Below, one piece after another: positions 48,657 through 59,889 of a DNA stretch of 64,000 bases (positions within the stretch are counted from its first letter, which is position 1; each line of letters opens with the position of its first letter). A model generated the notes under the pieces. It ran no database searches. It was given only the letters and a program-made list of their open reading frames with translations, and was not told the DNA's origin. A program made the translations under genes and the position numbers. This DNA comes from Candidatus Versatilivoraceae bacterium. GTDB lineage: Bacteria; Acidobacteriota; Terriglobia; Versatilivoradales; Versatilivoraceae. The stretch spans positions 330,318 to 394,317 of the forward strand of contig OZ240232.1 in NCBI GenBank assembly GCA_965197895.1, given 5' to 3'.

Positions 48657-50369
48657 ATGAAGACGAGAACTTTCTTCCTGGGGCTGGTCATTGGCCACCT
48701 CATTGGTTTGACTGCCTGGAGCCAGCAATTTCCGGTTCAAACTCCGGGTAATCCCAATCAAGACCCGGCAGACCAAGAACTTGGAGCCATTCAGGGAAGG
48801 ATTTTCGCCGCGGACGGTGGAAGCCCGCTGGCAAAAGCCGTTGTGTCGCTACGTTCGGCAGGAAGTCGTCGTAGGGAGCGCCCCCGGACCGTTCGCACCA
48901 ATGCCCGGGGGGAGTACGAATTCAAGGATCTCGAGGCGGGTAAATACGTTCTGAGCGCAACTCGCAACGGCTACGTTCCCCAGAATTACGGCCAGAAGAC
49001 AATCCAGCCCTTCAGAAGGCCACAGGGCGGAACACCTCTCTCTCTTGAGTCAGGGCAAGTCTTGGCTGGTATTGACTTAAAATTGATTCGAGGCGGCGTG
49101 GTAGGAGGAACCGTGGTGGACCAGGACAATGAACCCCTCCCACGAGTCTTGGTAATGTTGAGCAGCTATCGAAGTCTTGGAGGTGAACGCCGTTTGATTC
49201 CGGTGGGTCGAGCCCAGACCGATGATCGGGGGCAGTTCCGCCTCTTTGACATCCCCCCGGGAAGCTATTTCCTGAGTGCGGCCCCTCTTGGCTTTTCTTC
49301 CTTCGGCCGGAGTGGACGAGGAGAACGGTCGTTCCCTCCCACATATTATCCCGGGGTGCTGAGTCTGGAAGAGGCCTCTAAAGTTGAGGTGACGGCGGGG
49401 GGAGAAGTGGGTGGTTTCTATTTCACCTTGATCGAAGCCCACAGCTACAGTGTCAGCGGCCGGGTGCTCACGGCGGACGGAAGCCCGGCTGACTCGATTT
49501 GGATCATGACGGTCAACGAGTCTGTCGAAGCCATTGTCGCCATGAGGGGAGCAGGTACGTCGACAGACCCGCAGGGTGAATTCAAGGTTTTCAATCTTCT
49601 TCCCGGAAAACATCGTGTGATTGCCCGTGCGGGGCGGGGCGGGGACCCTCAGATGGCCAGTGCGGCCGTGGAGGTGACCGACCGGAATATCGAGGGCTTA
49701 ACGCTGGTTCTGGGAGAAGGTGCGAAGATTTCGGGCAGGATTGCGACGGAAAGTGAGGATTCCGATTTGGATTGGCGCCGCATCTCGGTGTCGATGAGGG
49801 GGGTCTCAGGCGGCAGTCGACTGAGATCCGGTGGCAGAGGGGCCGAGGTTGAAGAGGATTTCACTTTCAAGTTATCAAACCTGATGGCGGGAGGCTATCG
49901 CTTCGCGGTCAGACTCCCTCCGGGGAATCATTATGTGGAGTCCATCCGCCTCCAGGGTGAAGAAGTCATCGACCGGCCGATAGAGATGGGAAACAACGAC
50001 CGGCTGGCCGGTGTGGAGGTGCTGGTTTCGTCCCGGGGGTCTCAAATCAGCGGTGTTGTTCAGGGGGAAGAGGTTCGGGACTCGGTGGAAGGAGCCACTG
50101 TCCTGATCTTTGCCGCCGATCCCCAAAACCGGGGAAACTTCTCGCGCTTCACCAAAACGACTCAAACCGACCAAGAGGGACGATTTTCTCTGGAAGGACT
50201 GGCCCCGGCGGCGTACCTGTTGTGCGCTCTGGTCGACCACGAGTCCGGGCGAGAGAGTGAGCCGGACTACTTGAGAAGCCTGGAAAGGGATTCGACGCCG
50301 ATCGATCTTTCGCCCGGTCAGCTTTCCCAGGAACACCTGGTGGCGCTGCAGGCACCGAAGATGAACTGA
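48657..50369 (+). CDS. Carboxypeptidase-regulatory-like domain repeat protein, secreted
   Basis: Signal peptide. Repeated GRIFAADGGSPLAKAVVSL..ARGEYEF..AGKY motifs match CarboxypepD_reg-like modules. Confidence 0.55.
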   Translation: MKTRTFFLGLVIGHLIGLTAWSQQFPVQTPGNPNQDPADQELGAIQGRIFAADGGSPLAKAVVSLRSAGSRRRERPRTVRTNARGEYEFKDLEAGKYVLSATRNGYVPQNYGQKTIQPFRRPQGGTPLSLESGQVLAGIDLKLIRGGVVGGTVVDQDNEPLPRVLVMLSSYRSLGGERRLIPVGRAQTDDRGQFRLFDIPPGSYFLSAAPLGFSSFGRSGRGERSFPPTYYPGVLSLEEASKVEVTAGGEVGGFYFTLIEAHSYSVSGRVLTADGSPADSIWIMTVNESVEAIVAMRGAGTSTDPQGEFKVFNLLPGKHRVIARAGRGGDPQMASAAVEVTDRNIEGLTLVLGEGAKISGRIATESEDSDLDWRRISVSMRGVSGGSRLRSGGRGAEVEEDFTFKLSNLMAGGYRFAVRLPPGNHYVESIRLQGEEVIDRPIEMGNNDRLAGVEVLVSSRGSQISGVVQGEEVRDSVEGATVLIFAADPQNRGNFSRFTKTTQTDQEGRFSLEGLAPAAYLLCALVDHESGRESEPDYLRSLERDSTPIDLSPGQLSQEHLVALQAPKMN

Positions 50370-50488
50370 CGTCGGCGTTTGGCTGGTGGCTCTGGTGGTT
50401 CCGGGTTGGAGGGGCAACGGTCCCAGGGTCCGGCAGGCCGGCCTGAGGGGTCTTCATCCTGGGTCGCAAATCTTTTGCTGAAGAAGCC

Positions 50489-51457
50489 ATGACACGAAAA
50501 GCGGTCGTCGTCATTCCGGGAGACGATCCCCCGCAATGCCAGGGGTCGCCGCAGTTGGAACGGCTCCGCTCCATGGCGGAAGTGGTGCTTTACACGACTC
50601 GCCCTGAGTCGCGCGAGGAGAAAATGCGCCGGGCCAGGAATGCCGACGTGATGATCAACTCACGCAATTCCGTCAAATGGCCGGCTGACGTCTTGCAAGC
50701 CTTGCCCCGCCTCAAGATGATCACCGTCTGTGGGATCGGCATCGATGCCATTGATCTGGCGACGGCCAAGGCCCAGGGAATCACCGTCTGCAACGTTCCG
50801 GGCAAAACCGCACCCATCGTTGCCGAGCATGCCTTTGGCCTGATGTTTGCCGTCGCCAAGCGGGCGGCCTTCCAGACGGCGGCCGTTCGTGCGGGTCGAT
50901 GGATTCGTACCGACAGCCTCTTTCTGCAGGGGAAGACCTTGGGCGTTGTGGGGACCGGCAACATCGGTTCCGAGATGGTCCGGCTGGGTCGTGCCGTCGG
51001 CATGAAGGTCATCGCCTGGACCTGCCATCCGTCGGTTGAACGAGCCGCTCAACTGGGCATAACCTTTGTGGAGTTGGATGAATTGCTTCGGCGCTCCGAC
51101 GTGGTCAGCCTGCATCTCAAGCTGACCGAGCAATCACGCCATCTCATTGGCCGGGATGAGTTATCTCGGATGAAGCCGGGATCGATCTTGATCAACGTCG
51201 GCCGGGGCGCCTTGGTGGATGAAGAAGCCTTGGCGGAAGCGCTGACGTCGGGGCACTTGAGTGGTGCCGGCGTCGACGTTTTTCAAGTCGAGCCGCTACC
51301 AATGGGTCACCCGCTACGGTCCTGCGAGCAGGTCGTCTTGACCCCCCACTGTGCCGACATGACTCCCGAAGGCGCGGAGCTTCTCAATGAGGGTGTGGTG
51401 GATAACGTGGTGGCGTTTCTTCAAGGGAATCCGCGAAACGTCATGAGTGAGTCCTGA
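50489..51457 (+). CDS. D-isomer-specific 2-hydroxyacid dehydrogenase (glycerate/phosphoglycerate dehydrogenase-like)
   Basis: GVVGTGNIGSEM is the NAD-binding motif. The catalytic R/E/H pattern and overall colinearity fit this family. Confidence 0.8.
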   Translation: MTRKAVVVIPGDDPPQCQGSPQLERLRSMAEVVLYTTRPESREEKMRRARNADVMINSRNSVKWPADVLQALPRLKMITVCGIGIDAIDLATAKAQGITVCNVPGKTAPIVAEHAFGLMFAVAKRAAFQTAAVRAGRWIRTDSLFLQGKTLGVVGTGNIGSEMVRLGRAVGMKVIAWTCHPSVERAAQLGITFVELDELLRRSDVVSLHLKLTEQSRHLIGRDELSRMKPGSILINVGRGALVDEEALAEALTSGHLSGAGVDVFQVEPLPMGHPLRSCEQVVLTPHCADMTPEGAELLNEGVVDNVVAFLQGNPRNVMSES

Positions 51458-51495
51458 GCGGTCTCGTGACCCTTTCATTATTCATCTATAAAGCC

Positions 51496-52494
51496 ATGTT
51501 CCGCTCTCCTTTGGTCATCCTGATGGGTTCTCTATTCGTCAACGCCGGCCAGGTTCTGGCCGGCGACACCGTCATGGGTCAATGGGAAGGAGTCCTTCGT
51601 ATCGTCGATGGTGCGGAACGAGGCATTGAAGCCCAGGTTGTGGCGGAGGGCGGCGACCGCTACCGCGCGGTCATGAGGTTGGCGACGGAAGGGGATCGGA
51701 CCGGGGGTGAATCGACCGGTCGCCGAGAAGGGAAGGCGGTTGTGTTCTCGGGCTCGCTCGATCTGGGACGGGGATCCGGTGGTGTTTGTCAACTTCAAGG
51801 GGAGATTGATGACCGAGGTTTTGAAGGTGAATGCGTGGCTGCCGCCTCCAAGGCCCGGTTTTCCCTGAAAAAGGTGCAGCCGCGGCCACCGCAACTGGGT
51901 GCCAAGCCTCCAAAGGGGGCGGTAGCGCTTCTCGACGGTTCAACCCTGGAGGGCTGGATTCATCCCGACGGGCAGGCCGCCCGCTGGACCCTGCGAGGCG
52001 ATGGCAGTATGCAAGTCACCCGGGGGAATATTCTCACCCGACGGTCCTTCGGTGACGTCCGTATCCATCTCGAGTTTCGCACGCCCCTGATGCCGGAAGC
52101 CCGGGGCCAAGCCCGCGGAAATAGTGGTGTCTATGTTCAGGGTCGCTACGAGGTTCAGGTTCTGGACAGCTTCGGTTTAGAGCCGATGGACAACGGGTGC
52201 GGGGCCATTTACCGGGTTGCCAGTCCTCGGGTAAACGCCTCATTGCCCCCGCTGCAGTGGCAGACTTATGAGATCATTTTCAGAGCACCGCGCTTCGATC
52301 CGAACGGCACCAAGATTGGAAATGCCGAGATCAGCGTCTGGCATAACGGTCAGTTGATTCACGACCGGCAAGACCTCCCGGGCGTAAGCCGGGGAGGCGT
52401 CAGCGATGACGAAAGCGACCGGGGGCCCCTGTTCCTCCAGGACCACCGCGACCCCGTGCGCTACCGCAATATCTGGATCCTACCCTTGGACTGA
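51496..52494 (+). CDS. DUF1080 (3-keto-disaccharide hydrolase-like / LamG-like) domain protein, secreted
   Basis: The C-terminal ..GNSGVYVQGRYEVQVLDSFG..YRNIWILPLD is the DUF1080 signature. Confidence 0.6.
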   Translation: MFRSPLVILMGSLFVNAGQVLAGDTVMGQWEGVLRIVDGAERGIEAQVVAEGGDRYRAVMRLATEGDRTGGESTGRREGKAVVFSGSLDLGRGSGGVCQLQGEIDDRGFEGECVAAASKARFSLKKVQPRPPQLGAKPPKGAVALLDGSTLEGWIHPDGQAARWTLRGDGSMQVTRGNILTRRSFGDVRIHLEFRTPLMPEARGQARGNSGVYVQGRYEVQVLDSFGLEPMDNGCGAIYRVASPRVNASLPPLQWQTYEIIFRAPRFDPNGTKIGNAEISVWHNGQLIHDRQDLPGVSRGGVSDDESDRGPLFLQDHRDPVRYRNIWILPLD

Positions 52495-52617
52495 GCCGTT
52501 CCGGGAAATCTGTGATTCCCTCAAAGTAGTTCGCCTTCCACCATGAGGTTTGTCTTGGGCAACGCCGCTTGCGTTTGAAATCGGCCGAGGCGGCAAGCTT
52601 GTGAGTGGAATCGAGGC

Positions 52618-53331
52618 TTACGACTCAAAGCGGATCAAGCCGAATCGGCTGGGGATGTGGAAGGAGTCGCCCAGCGTTGGGCTCCAGGCAAGCAGGTGCC
52701 GCTGCTCGATGTCCCCGACTCCGTCACAACGATAGAGGTTGATCCGCCATTCCATGCCGGGGAGGATGCTGGAGACGCCCATCGAGCGGGCGGGGATTCC
52801 CATCTCGCAGGTCCATTCCTGCTTGTCCTTGTCGACCCGCGTTGCGTGGGCAAAGCCGGAGTTCCAATCGGCATCCAATACGGGATCGCGGTCAAGGTCA
52901 ATGGCCAGGTCGATCCATTGATTATTGGGCGCCACTTCAAATTCCCAGTAAGTGTTCATTCGCTGTGAAAAAGGGTTGATGAAAGCCTCCACCACGTCCC
53001 GATCCCACAACAACCAGCGCTCCCGGCTGGAATCCTCACCTTCGTAGCAGTGCAACTCGGAGAACTGGCACCAGTAGGCTAGATACAGTTGGGAACTGGT
53101 GTAGCCGAGTGCCACTCGGGTATTCACGCCCGGAATGGTCGTGCCCGGCTTGCGGAAGTGGTCCAGGGTTAACCGGGAGACCCCGCACCAAGCCGGTTTG
53201 CTGAGGTCTGCGTCAGGAATGAAGTCCTCAGAGAGGGAGGGGACGACGGCCTGATGAGTACTGAGATAGGATGCTTGCGGATTCATTTGAGCGACAGGCT
53301 TCCACGCGGGCGCTGCCTGGTTCCAAAGCAA
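52618..53331 (-). CDS. Carbohydrate-binding family 9-like (DOMON-like) domain protein
   Basis: The pattern ..RDVVEAFINP..YWEFEVAPNNQWIDLAID..WNSGFA..RINLYRCD..LLAWSPT..HIPSRFGLIRFE resembles CBM9-like domains. Confidence 0.45.
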   Translation of the reverse strand: MLWNQAAPAWKPVAQMNPQASYLSTHQAVVPSLSEDFIPDADLSKPAWCGVSRLTLDHFRKPGTTIPGVNTRVALGYTSSQLYLAYWCQFSELHCYEGEDSSRERWLLWDRDVVEAFINPFSQRMNTYWEFEVAPNNQWIDLAIDLDRDPVLDADWNSGFAHATRVDKDKQEWTCEMGIPARSMGVSSILPGMEWRINLYRCDGVGDIEQRHLLAWSPTLGDSFHIPSRFGLIRFES

Positions 53332-53368
53332 TCTTCAGGAGAGTCGCCGGTACGCCAACGACAGGTGG

Positions 53369-54406
53369 TCAGGCAAACTCGGTTAACTTCACCGTTCGCT
53401 TTTCACTGGCCGACCGGTCAGACGCAAAAACGACTCGATGAGTCTCAAAGGCCGTCTCAAAATCGGTGAGTGGCATGGGTTTACCTTTTTCTATACTGTC
53501 AACGAAGGCTTGAAACTGGGGCTGATAGGGATGATCCACGACATCGCCGGAGTCGATCAATGCGGTCTCTAGAACGCTCCAACGAGCCTTGGTCATTCCC
53601 CTGAGCTTTTGGCTGTAGATGCGATTGTCGAGCAAACTCCCTTCGCTACCTACCAAGTGGATGTGAAAGTAGTAGGGCTGCAGGCAATCCACGATGGAGG
53701 CAACTTTGCCGATCTTTCCATCTTTGAACCTCAGCAAGGTAACCGTGCTGGTGTCGTATTCATAGGGTTCAAAGAGTCGGCTGCCGGATTTTGCACTGTA
53801 GGTCGTGACTTCCTCGACTTCAGAGTCCATGAAATAGAGCAAGCCGTCCAGGGCATGACAACCGGCTGTCAGCAAGCTGCTGCCTCCGAAGTCCTTTTTA
53901 ACGTTCCAACCATATTGCCCATACCAGGGTCCTATCCCATGGTAGTAATCGACTTCGGCATAATGGATTTCGCCCAGCAGGCCATCGCCGATGCAAGAAT
54001 GGATCAAGTCGAAGTGTTGACTGAAGCGGCATTCGAAACAGACACAGGTCTGAATCTGCGCCTCCCGAATAGCGGCTCTCATCGCCAGGGCATCTGCATA
54101 AGAGAGGCAAATAGGCTTCTCAATGATGAGGTGCTTGCCGGCCCTGGCGGCGTCGATGGCTTGTTGGGCGTGCTGCGGGTGCGGTGTACAGATATCGATT
54201 GCATCGATATCGGGATCGGCCAACATCGCCTCGTAGCGGGTAAAGCCTCGTAGCGGGATGCCGTAGTCCCGGGTCAGCGCGGCTTCATCGAGTTGGCGCC
54301 GTGAGCAGACAGCCGTTACCTCGGCTCCGGCCACGGCTTTGAAGGCGTCGATGTGAGCGCCGGCCACCCAGCCGAGACCAACAATTCCGACTCGCAGATC
54401 ACTCAC
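53369..54406 (-). CDS. Gfo/Idh/MocA-family oxidoreductase
   Basis: GTG start at 54406, after an AAGGAGAG Shine-Dalgarno. [16 protein letters not shown] is the Rossmann motif, with an EKP motif. Confidence 0.75.
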   Translation of the reverse strand: MSDLRVGIVGLGWVAGAHIDAFKAVAGAEVTAVCSRRQLDEAALTRDYGIPLRGFTRYEAMLADPDIDAIDICTPHPQHAQQAIDAARAGKHLIIEKPICLSYADALAMRAAIREAQIQTCVCFECRFSQHFDLIHSCIGDGLLGEIHYAEVDYYHGIGPWYGQYGWNVKKDFGGSSLLTAGCHALDGLLYFMDSEVEEVTTYSAKSGSRLFEPYEYDTSTVTLLRFKDGKIGKVASIVDCLQPYYFHIHLVGSEGSLLDNRIYSQKLRGMTKARWSVLETALIDSGDVVDHPYQPQFQAFVDSIEKGKPMPLTDFETAFETHRVVFASDRSASEKRTVKLTEFA

Positions 54407-54473
54407 TTGTCTTCTCTCCTTTCCTGGGGAGGGGCACCCGCATTCCCGTTTCCTGGTGTCCTCGCTCCGGCTG

Positions 54474-56939
54474 CTAAGGGTTGCTTTCCTGGATGATTCG
54501 GTCGTAGACGAGGCGCGCCCGCTGATAGGCGGCAGCCGCTTGCTCACGTTCCTCGGGACGGATTCGGTCGCGCTTCATTTTCCAGCACTGATCCACGGCC
54601 CGGCGACACCATTCGGCACTCCGCCGCGAGGCTCGAACGGGTTTTCCATCGACCTGAACGAAGATCGGGTTGGTGTGTGAGCTGGGGTAGATGCGCAAGG
54701 CAAGCCAACTCGACTTTCGAATTGGAACTTGGAAGCTCAAGTCGGTCCACTGGCCATCGCCCTCGACGACTTTTCTGGCTACCGGTTCGCCGTTGACAAT
54801 CAGCTCGACCGGGACCTGACGGCTCTTGCCCAGGCGTGCCCGCTCGATATGCCAGTAGGGAGGCCGATCAGACCGTCTGGAAGCGATAATGGCCCCAACC
54901 TCGTCTTGTTGGGGCGGCAAATAGGCAATGACCCTGGCTTTAATCTCGACCGTTTGAGGTCCGGACAGGTTCAACTCACTCTGGTGGGTGCCCAGTTCCA
55001 GCCCGTTGGCGGAGAGGTCGATGATGTGGGAGGCCCCGTCTGAAACATAGCTGCGCCCCGATCGAATTTGCTCCATGTACCGGTCAAAATCCAGCGATCC
55101 ATCCAGCTTGGCATAGCTTCTGGCCATTCCCACACGGTCGTCGAAAATGCAGGGGAAATCCGTCTCTCCACTCAGGCGCGTGCGAAAGCCGCTGTTCAAG
55201 ACGTGATACCAGATGTTGAGTTCCCAGGGTGCGGGCGTGTCGCCGGCCGAGAAGAAATCGACGGCATCCTGGGTCACGGTGACGATGTATTCGTTGGCTC
55301 CAATGCCGTCGAATTTGGGCATGACGTAGTTGGGGAGCGCCTCGGTGGGCTCCATGGGTTCCAAACCCCATCCCGAGTGGGCATAACCGACCACGGCATC
55401 CTGCTGCTTGGCCCACTTCAGAATTGGCAGCGTCCAGCTCGGCCACTCCTCAACCTTGCGGGTCCCCGGATAGTCGTCCTCTTTCAGGCGGAGCAGGCAG
55501 ACGTGACCGGCATGGGAGGAGGGAAAGCCTGAGACCTCCACGTCGTAACGCAGCAGGTTCTGCCGGTTGGACAGCGGATGGACTTTGCCGGTGAAGTAGC
55601 TTTTCTGGTAATACCAACAGGGTCCCCAGCTCAGATTGCAGGCGATATTCAGATCCTCTCCTTGTGCCTGACGCCACATGTGCTCCGGCCGGACGCCCTC
55701 TTCCGGGCTCTCGTAATGACTACAGCCCGCAGCGTGCACGTGATGGTCGGCGCTGTACCAACCCAATTTCGCCATGTGAACCCAACGGGTGAGCTGGAGA
55801 TTGACTTCATGGACCTTCTTCCCAGCGGGCACCCTGAAGCGTTTCGTCTGGGGAACGTACTCGGGCCCCCGCGTCACGGTGATTTCATACTCCCCCGCCG
55901 GAAGGAACACGTGCTCCCCGTCGGCCCGGTAGATTTGGGGATGAAAGAAGAAATCCGGGAATTCATCCACAGCCGCCAGGCGCCGTGAAGGCAGCGGGTA
56001 AATGCCTGCCAGCCGTTTTGCTTTGGAGGAGGCGGGTAAGTCCGACGCGCCTCGTTCCTCCCAGGTTTGGCGGGCTGCCAACGCCAGCCGGTAGTCCTTG
56101 GGTAGGGGCGGCCTGCCCGGCGGAGCCAGTCCGCTGATCCGAGTGGCCTCAGGAGTGTCCACGATTCTTTCGATCCCGTCGGTAATGACCAAAGAGGCCA
56201 TTGGAGCCGGTTTACCGTCATGATCCCTGATCCTGAACACCACCTTGGCGGCTGCCTGGCAGTCGAACAGGATGTCGACGGCACTGCGGAAACCGATGTC
56301 CTGGGTTCCCTGGCCAACGTGGAAACCGATTTTAGCTTCCTGGCGTCCGGTTTCCTTGGTGTAGATCTGGAGCACGGCATACTCGAGCTCGATTCCCGAA
56401 AGGTGCTTTAACAGCGGCCGTCGCCGATACATGTAGAGTTCCAGAAAGCGGTTGGCCACTGCACCGGGAGTGAGGACGTTTTGCTGTTTGGCCTGCTTGG
56501 CACCGGTTGACCGGTGCAGGATGGGCTCCGCGTTGGGGCTCTCTGCTTCCAACTCGGTCTTGACCATGGCTTCGTTGTGAACCTTGACGAGAAAACTCTT
56601 CCAGCCGTTCTGCACCAATACCGGCTGGGCCGGACCACGCAGAACCTTCACCCGTGCCTCCGGGTTGATCACCACCATGGCCAGGCAATAGGGGTCCAGG
56701 ATTTCCTGGATCCTTTGAGTCGTCCTCGGGCCGGGGGCGTCATTCCTCAGAGCTTGGAGTTGCCGGGAATCCGCGGCTGACAGGCCGCTTCCCAAAAAGG
56801 TCAGCGCCTCATCCAGACGGAGCGCTTGGGCCAGCAGGGGTTGCGCTTCCACGCCCGTGATTTGAGGGAGGTCATTGGAGTAGATCGTCCCGGATAGCGT
56901 GAGTGAGGCCAGAATGAGGCTGAGGAATCGGAATTTCAT
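54474..56939 (-). CDS. PHP-domain metallohydrolase, CehA/McbA-like, secreted
   Basis: Start [10 protein letters not shown] gives a signal peptide. [15 protein letters not shown] is the PHP His cluster. The protein is large and multidomain. Confidence 0.55.
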   Translation of the reverse strand: MKFRFLSLILASLTLSGTIYSNDLPQITGVEAQPLLAQALRLDEALTFLGSGLSAADSRQLQALRNDAPGPRTTQRIQEILDPYCLAMVVINPEARVKVLRGPAQPVLVQNGWKSFLVKVHNEAMVKTELEAESPNAEPILHRSTGAKQAKQQNVLTPGAVANRFLELYMYRRRPLLKHLSGIELEYAVLQIYTKETGRQEAKIGFHVGQGTQDIGFRSAVDILFDCQAAAKVVFRIRDHDGKPAPMASLVITDGIERIVDTPEATRISGLAPPGRPPLPKDYRLALAARQTWEERGASDLPASSKAKRLAGIYPLPSRRLAAVDEFPDFFFHPQIYRADGEHVFLPAGEYEITVTRGPEYVPQTKRFRVPAGKKVHEVNLQLTRWVHMAKLGWYSADHHVHAAGCSHYESPEEGVRPEHMWRQAQGEDLNIACNLSWGPCWYYQKSYFTGKVHPLSNRQNLLRYDVEVSGFPSSHAGHVCLLRLKEDDYPGTRKVEEWPSWTLPILKWAKQQDAVVGYAHSGWGLEPMEPTEALPNYVMPKFDGIGANEYIVTVTQDAVDFFSAGDTPAPWELNIWYHVLNSGFRTRLSGETDFPCIFDDRVGMARSYAKLDGSLDFDRYMEQIRSGRSYVSDGASHIIDLSANGLELGTHQSELNLSGPQTVEIKARVIAYLPPQQDEVGAIIASRRSDRPPYWHIERARLGKSRQVPVELIVNGEPVARKVVEGDGQWTDLSFQVPIRKSSWLALRIYPSSHTNPIFVQVDGKPVRASRRSAEWCRRAVDQCWKMKRDRIRPEEREQAAAAYQRARLVYDRIIQESNP

Positions 56940-57358
56940 GATTTTCTCCCGGCAGGTTTCCTGCTTGGTTTTTGGTTCTGTCCCGGAACGCGGCAGAGTA
57001 TGCCACCCCCCCGAGCGTCTCCCCGTGTCGTGGCTTCCCGGAGCCAATCAAGCCAACCGCAATCGAAGTCAGGGGAGACCCGATCATGGGGTCCCTGGAG
57101 TCCATGGCTGCGCTCCAAGGGGGATCCTGAACGGGCTTTCTCCTGAGCCTATCACAACCTGACCCGGTGGGAAGAGTTCCCCAGCCTCGAGCTTTCCGAA
57201 ATCGGAACGAACTGGGGCAGAAAAGCCAGTAACCGTCCCGAGTGCGGTCCCAATCGAGGATCAGTATGCCCGCGGTTTGGAAGGTATCGCTGGCCTCTTT
57301 CAGCCGGCTGACGGACGTCCCGATCCGTCGAATGCAGTCTCACAGGGATCCTACCGCA

Positions 57359-58408
57359 TTAAACCCTCCAACGCAGGCAGGTGCCCGCTCCGGTCATGGT
57401 GACGATGGTATCGTCCTCCAGAACCACACTGGAAGCATAGCCGGTACCATAGCCCTTGATCGATGACCCCAGCACGGTAAACCCCGGCCGAGTGAGGTGA
57501 TAGACTTTCGCACTCCAGGTGCGACCCTCGTCGTGGCTGATCCTTGCCAGAACTTGGGCCTCCTCGCGGGGATAACGGTGATCGGTGGTCAGAATCAGTG
57601 TTCCGTCCGACAACTGGGATAATTCCCCGTGAGCCTGTCCCAGAGCCAGGTCGGTTGGCCCCTGAGGCGTCCGGCTTACCGGCCGGAAGTTGATCCAAGT
57701 GAGCCCGTCGTCGTCGGAATCGGCCAGGTAGACTCGCTTGGATGGGTGGAGCCCCTGCTCATGCAAGGAGGGGCGGTCGCGGAGCTGCCGGTCCAACAAC
57801 TCGGCAGACCAGAACGCAGGCTGGTAACGGATCGCTGCGATCAGCCGTCCGGAGTGTAGTCGCAGGAGAGTCGGCTCGGCAGACCAATCGGGCAAAGGAG
57901 TTCGCTCCCCCCAACTTAGACCGCCGTCGGTGGACCTCAGAACATAAGTGGCGGTGTAGGGAACCGCCGTCCAAGGCTGCAAAGACTCTTCAGCCGCTTG
58001 CCTGATCTTCCGCTGCTCGGCCGAAGTCGCGCCCAGCCGCTGGAGCCAGAGGACGGTCCCGTCCGGCAGCTCGGTCATCCGGTTCGAACAGCCTCCAATC
58101 GAAGGAAAGGGTGACTTGGTGATTCTGACCGGTCCTTGCCAGCTCTTGCCGCCGTCTCTCAATATCCCGAATGAGTCACTTCTCAGCATCCAGCGATAGT
58201 CAAAAAAAAGCCAACGGACCGAGTCCCGCGCCAGGTTGTGGTCGAAAAACTGCCACCAATCCAAGCGTTTCTGGCACCAAGTCCGTCCCTCATCGCTGGA
58301 GGACAGCAGGATGCTTTCCAACCCCGGACCCTCTGTAGAGAAAGCGGCGTAGAGCGTGCCGTCTCGGGTCCTGCCGATGGGAGCCCCTCGTCCGAAGGGA
58401 ACCTCCAC
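57359..58408 (-). CDS. BNR-repeat / sialidase-like protein (GH33-like fold). The frame continues upstream through an in-frame TGA to an ATG at 58648 that encodes a Tat signal.
   Basis: Four SxDxGxTW Asp-boxes (SSDEGRTW, STDGGLSW, SDDDGLTW, SHDEGRTW). Upstream, in the same frame, ATG 58648 with a CAGGAGG Shine-Dalgarno encodes MEITEPIDHFRDASPGIWARKTHRRGFLAAGIAG, then TGA at 58544-58546, then LAATTGSC.. Confidence 0.6.
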   Translation of the reverse strand: MEVPFGRGAPIGRTRDGTLYAAFSTEGPGLESILLSSSDEGRTWCQKRLDWWQFFDHNLARDSVRWLFFDYRWMLRSDSFGILRDGGKSWQGPVRITKSPFPSIGGCSNRMTELPDGTVLWLQRLGATSAEQRKIRQAAEESLQPWTAVPYTATYVLRSTDGGLSWGERTPLPDWSAEPTLLRLHSGRLIAAIRYQPAFWSAELLDRQLRDRPSLHEQGLHPSKRVYLADSDDDGLTWINFRPVSRTPQGPTDLALGQAHGELSQLSDGTLILTTDHRYPREEAQVLARISHDEGRTWSAKVYHLTRPGFTVLGSSIKGYGTGYASSVVLEDDTIVTMTGAGTCLRWRV

Positions 58409-59077
58409 AAACTGAGCCGGGACGGTCCGGACTCTCTTCCCATCGACAGTGACTTCTATTTGACCCTCTTTTGGAACGGCGCCCGATGGGGGTTCTGCTG
58501 CCCCTGAAGATTTCCGGCGGCAGGACCCTGTCGTGGCGGCGAGTCAGCCCGCGATGCCGGCGGCCAGGAAGCCACGCCGATGGGTTTTGCGTGCCCATAT
58601 TCCTGGTGATGCATCCCTGAAGTGGTCGATCGGCTCTGTGATTTCCATGGCATCCTCCTGTTGGCAGGTCGAGGGAGTTTTTCCGGGCAAGCCTATCACT
58701 CGTCGGCCAGGATTTGTGCTGAAAGTTGACCACCTGGCACAAAACCAGGGCGACCGGAAATGCGAATCACGCGATCGACATTGAAACGGTCGGGACCCTT
58801 CAGAGGATTGTTCCGGCGAAGGGCCGGATGTCCAACTTCGGTAGTAGGGCCACCTTCCGGCTGCCGGGGGTGGATTGTCAACGCTGCTTGAGATAGATTA
58901 TTTACCGGGTCGACTCGTGGCCGTGGCTGGAAATGGACTGGAACCGGAACCCGCTTCCATCCTGTCTCTCAAGTGAATCGAAGCCAACCAACGGCACCGA
59001 AGGGGGTTGTGCCGGATTCCGGGGATCAACCGCGCAAACCCAATCCGGTGGCTTGGTTCGAAAGGAGAAGTGACTTC

Positions 59078-59842
59078 ATGACGTCCCGCATATTGCTTCA
59101 TGAGCTCACCCGTGAAAAGGCACGGGAGATCGCTCCTCATACCCTTCTGGTGTTGCCGGTAGGTGCCGTCGAACAACACGGTCCGCATCTGCCGGTAGGC
59201 ACCGATTACCTTACGGTCGAACATGTGGCCCGGGGAGCGGCTGAACAAGCCCGGGAGAAGATTTCGGTCCTGGTAGCCCCCACCTTGCCTTTTGGTTCCT
59301 CCCATCACCACCTGTCCTTTGGCGGCACCTTGTCACTCGGCACCGAAACCTACTACCGAGTCCTTTTCGACTTGGGGGAATCCATGATTATCTCCGGGTT
59401 TCGGAGCCTGGTACTGCTCAACGGTCACGGGGGCAACCACGAGTTGATTCAGCTCGTGGCTCGGGATCTGGCCATCAAGCACGACGTCAAGTTTGCCGCC
59501 ATGTCCTACTGGACAGTGGCCTGGGACGCCTTGGTGGAAGAGGGAGCTCACCTCGCCGGACACCTCCCCGGTCATGCCGGGATCTTTGAAACCTCTCAAA
59601 TGATGGCCTTGCATCCGGATCTGGTTCAAGAGCCCCGGCCCCATCGTGAAGGGGTCCAGGGTACCGATCCGCGCAGTTTCTACGGCCCCTATCGGTCGGA
59701 AAAGCACCGATTTCTGGAGGATCTGGACGGCTATACCGACAGTCCGGACCAGGGTGATGCGGCTCGTGGAAAAGCCTATCTTGCGGCGGTGATCCGCTCG
59801 GTTGGCCAAGCCTGGGTGGAATTCCATGGCTCCGGGAGTTGA
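59078..59842 (+). CDS. Creatininase-family amidohydrolase
   Basis: LLVLPVGAVEQHGPHLPVGTD is the family signature. An AAAGGAGAAG Shine-Dalgarno precedes the start. Confidence 0.75.
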   Translation: MTSRILLHELTREKAREIAPHTLLVLPVGAVEQHGPHLPVGTDYLTVEHVARGAAEQAREKISVLVAPTLPFGSSHHHLSFGGTLSLGTETYYRVLFDLGESMIISGFRSLVLLNGHGGNHELIQLVARDLAIKHDVKFAAMSYWTVAWDALVEEGAHLAGHLPGHAGIFETSQMMALHPDLVQEPRPHREGVQGTDPRSFYGPYRSEKHRFLEDLDGYTDSPDQGDAARGKAYLAAVIRSVGQAWVEFHGSGS

Positions 59843-59889
59843 TGGGGGTGTCGACGGCTCTTTAGCCGATCATCGGGAGGAGGCATGGC

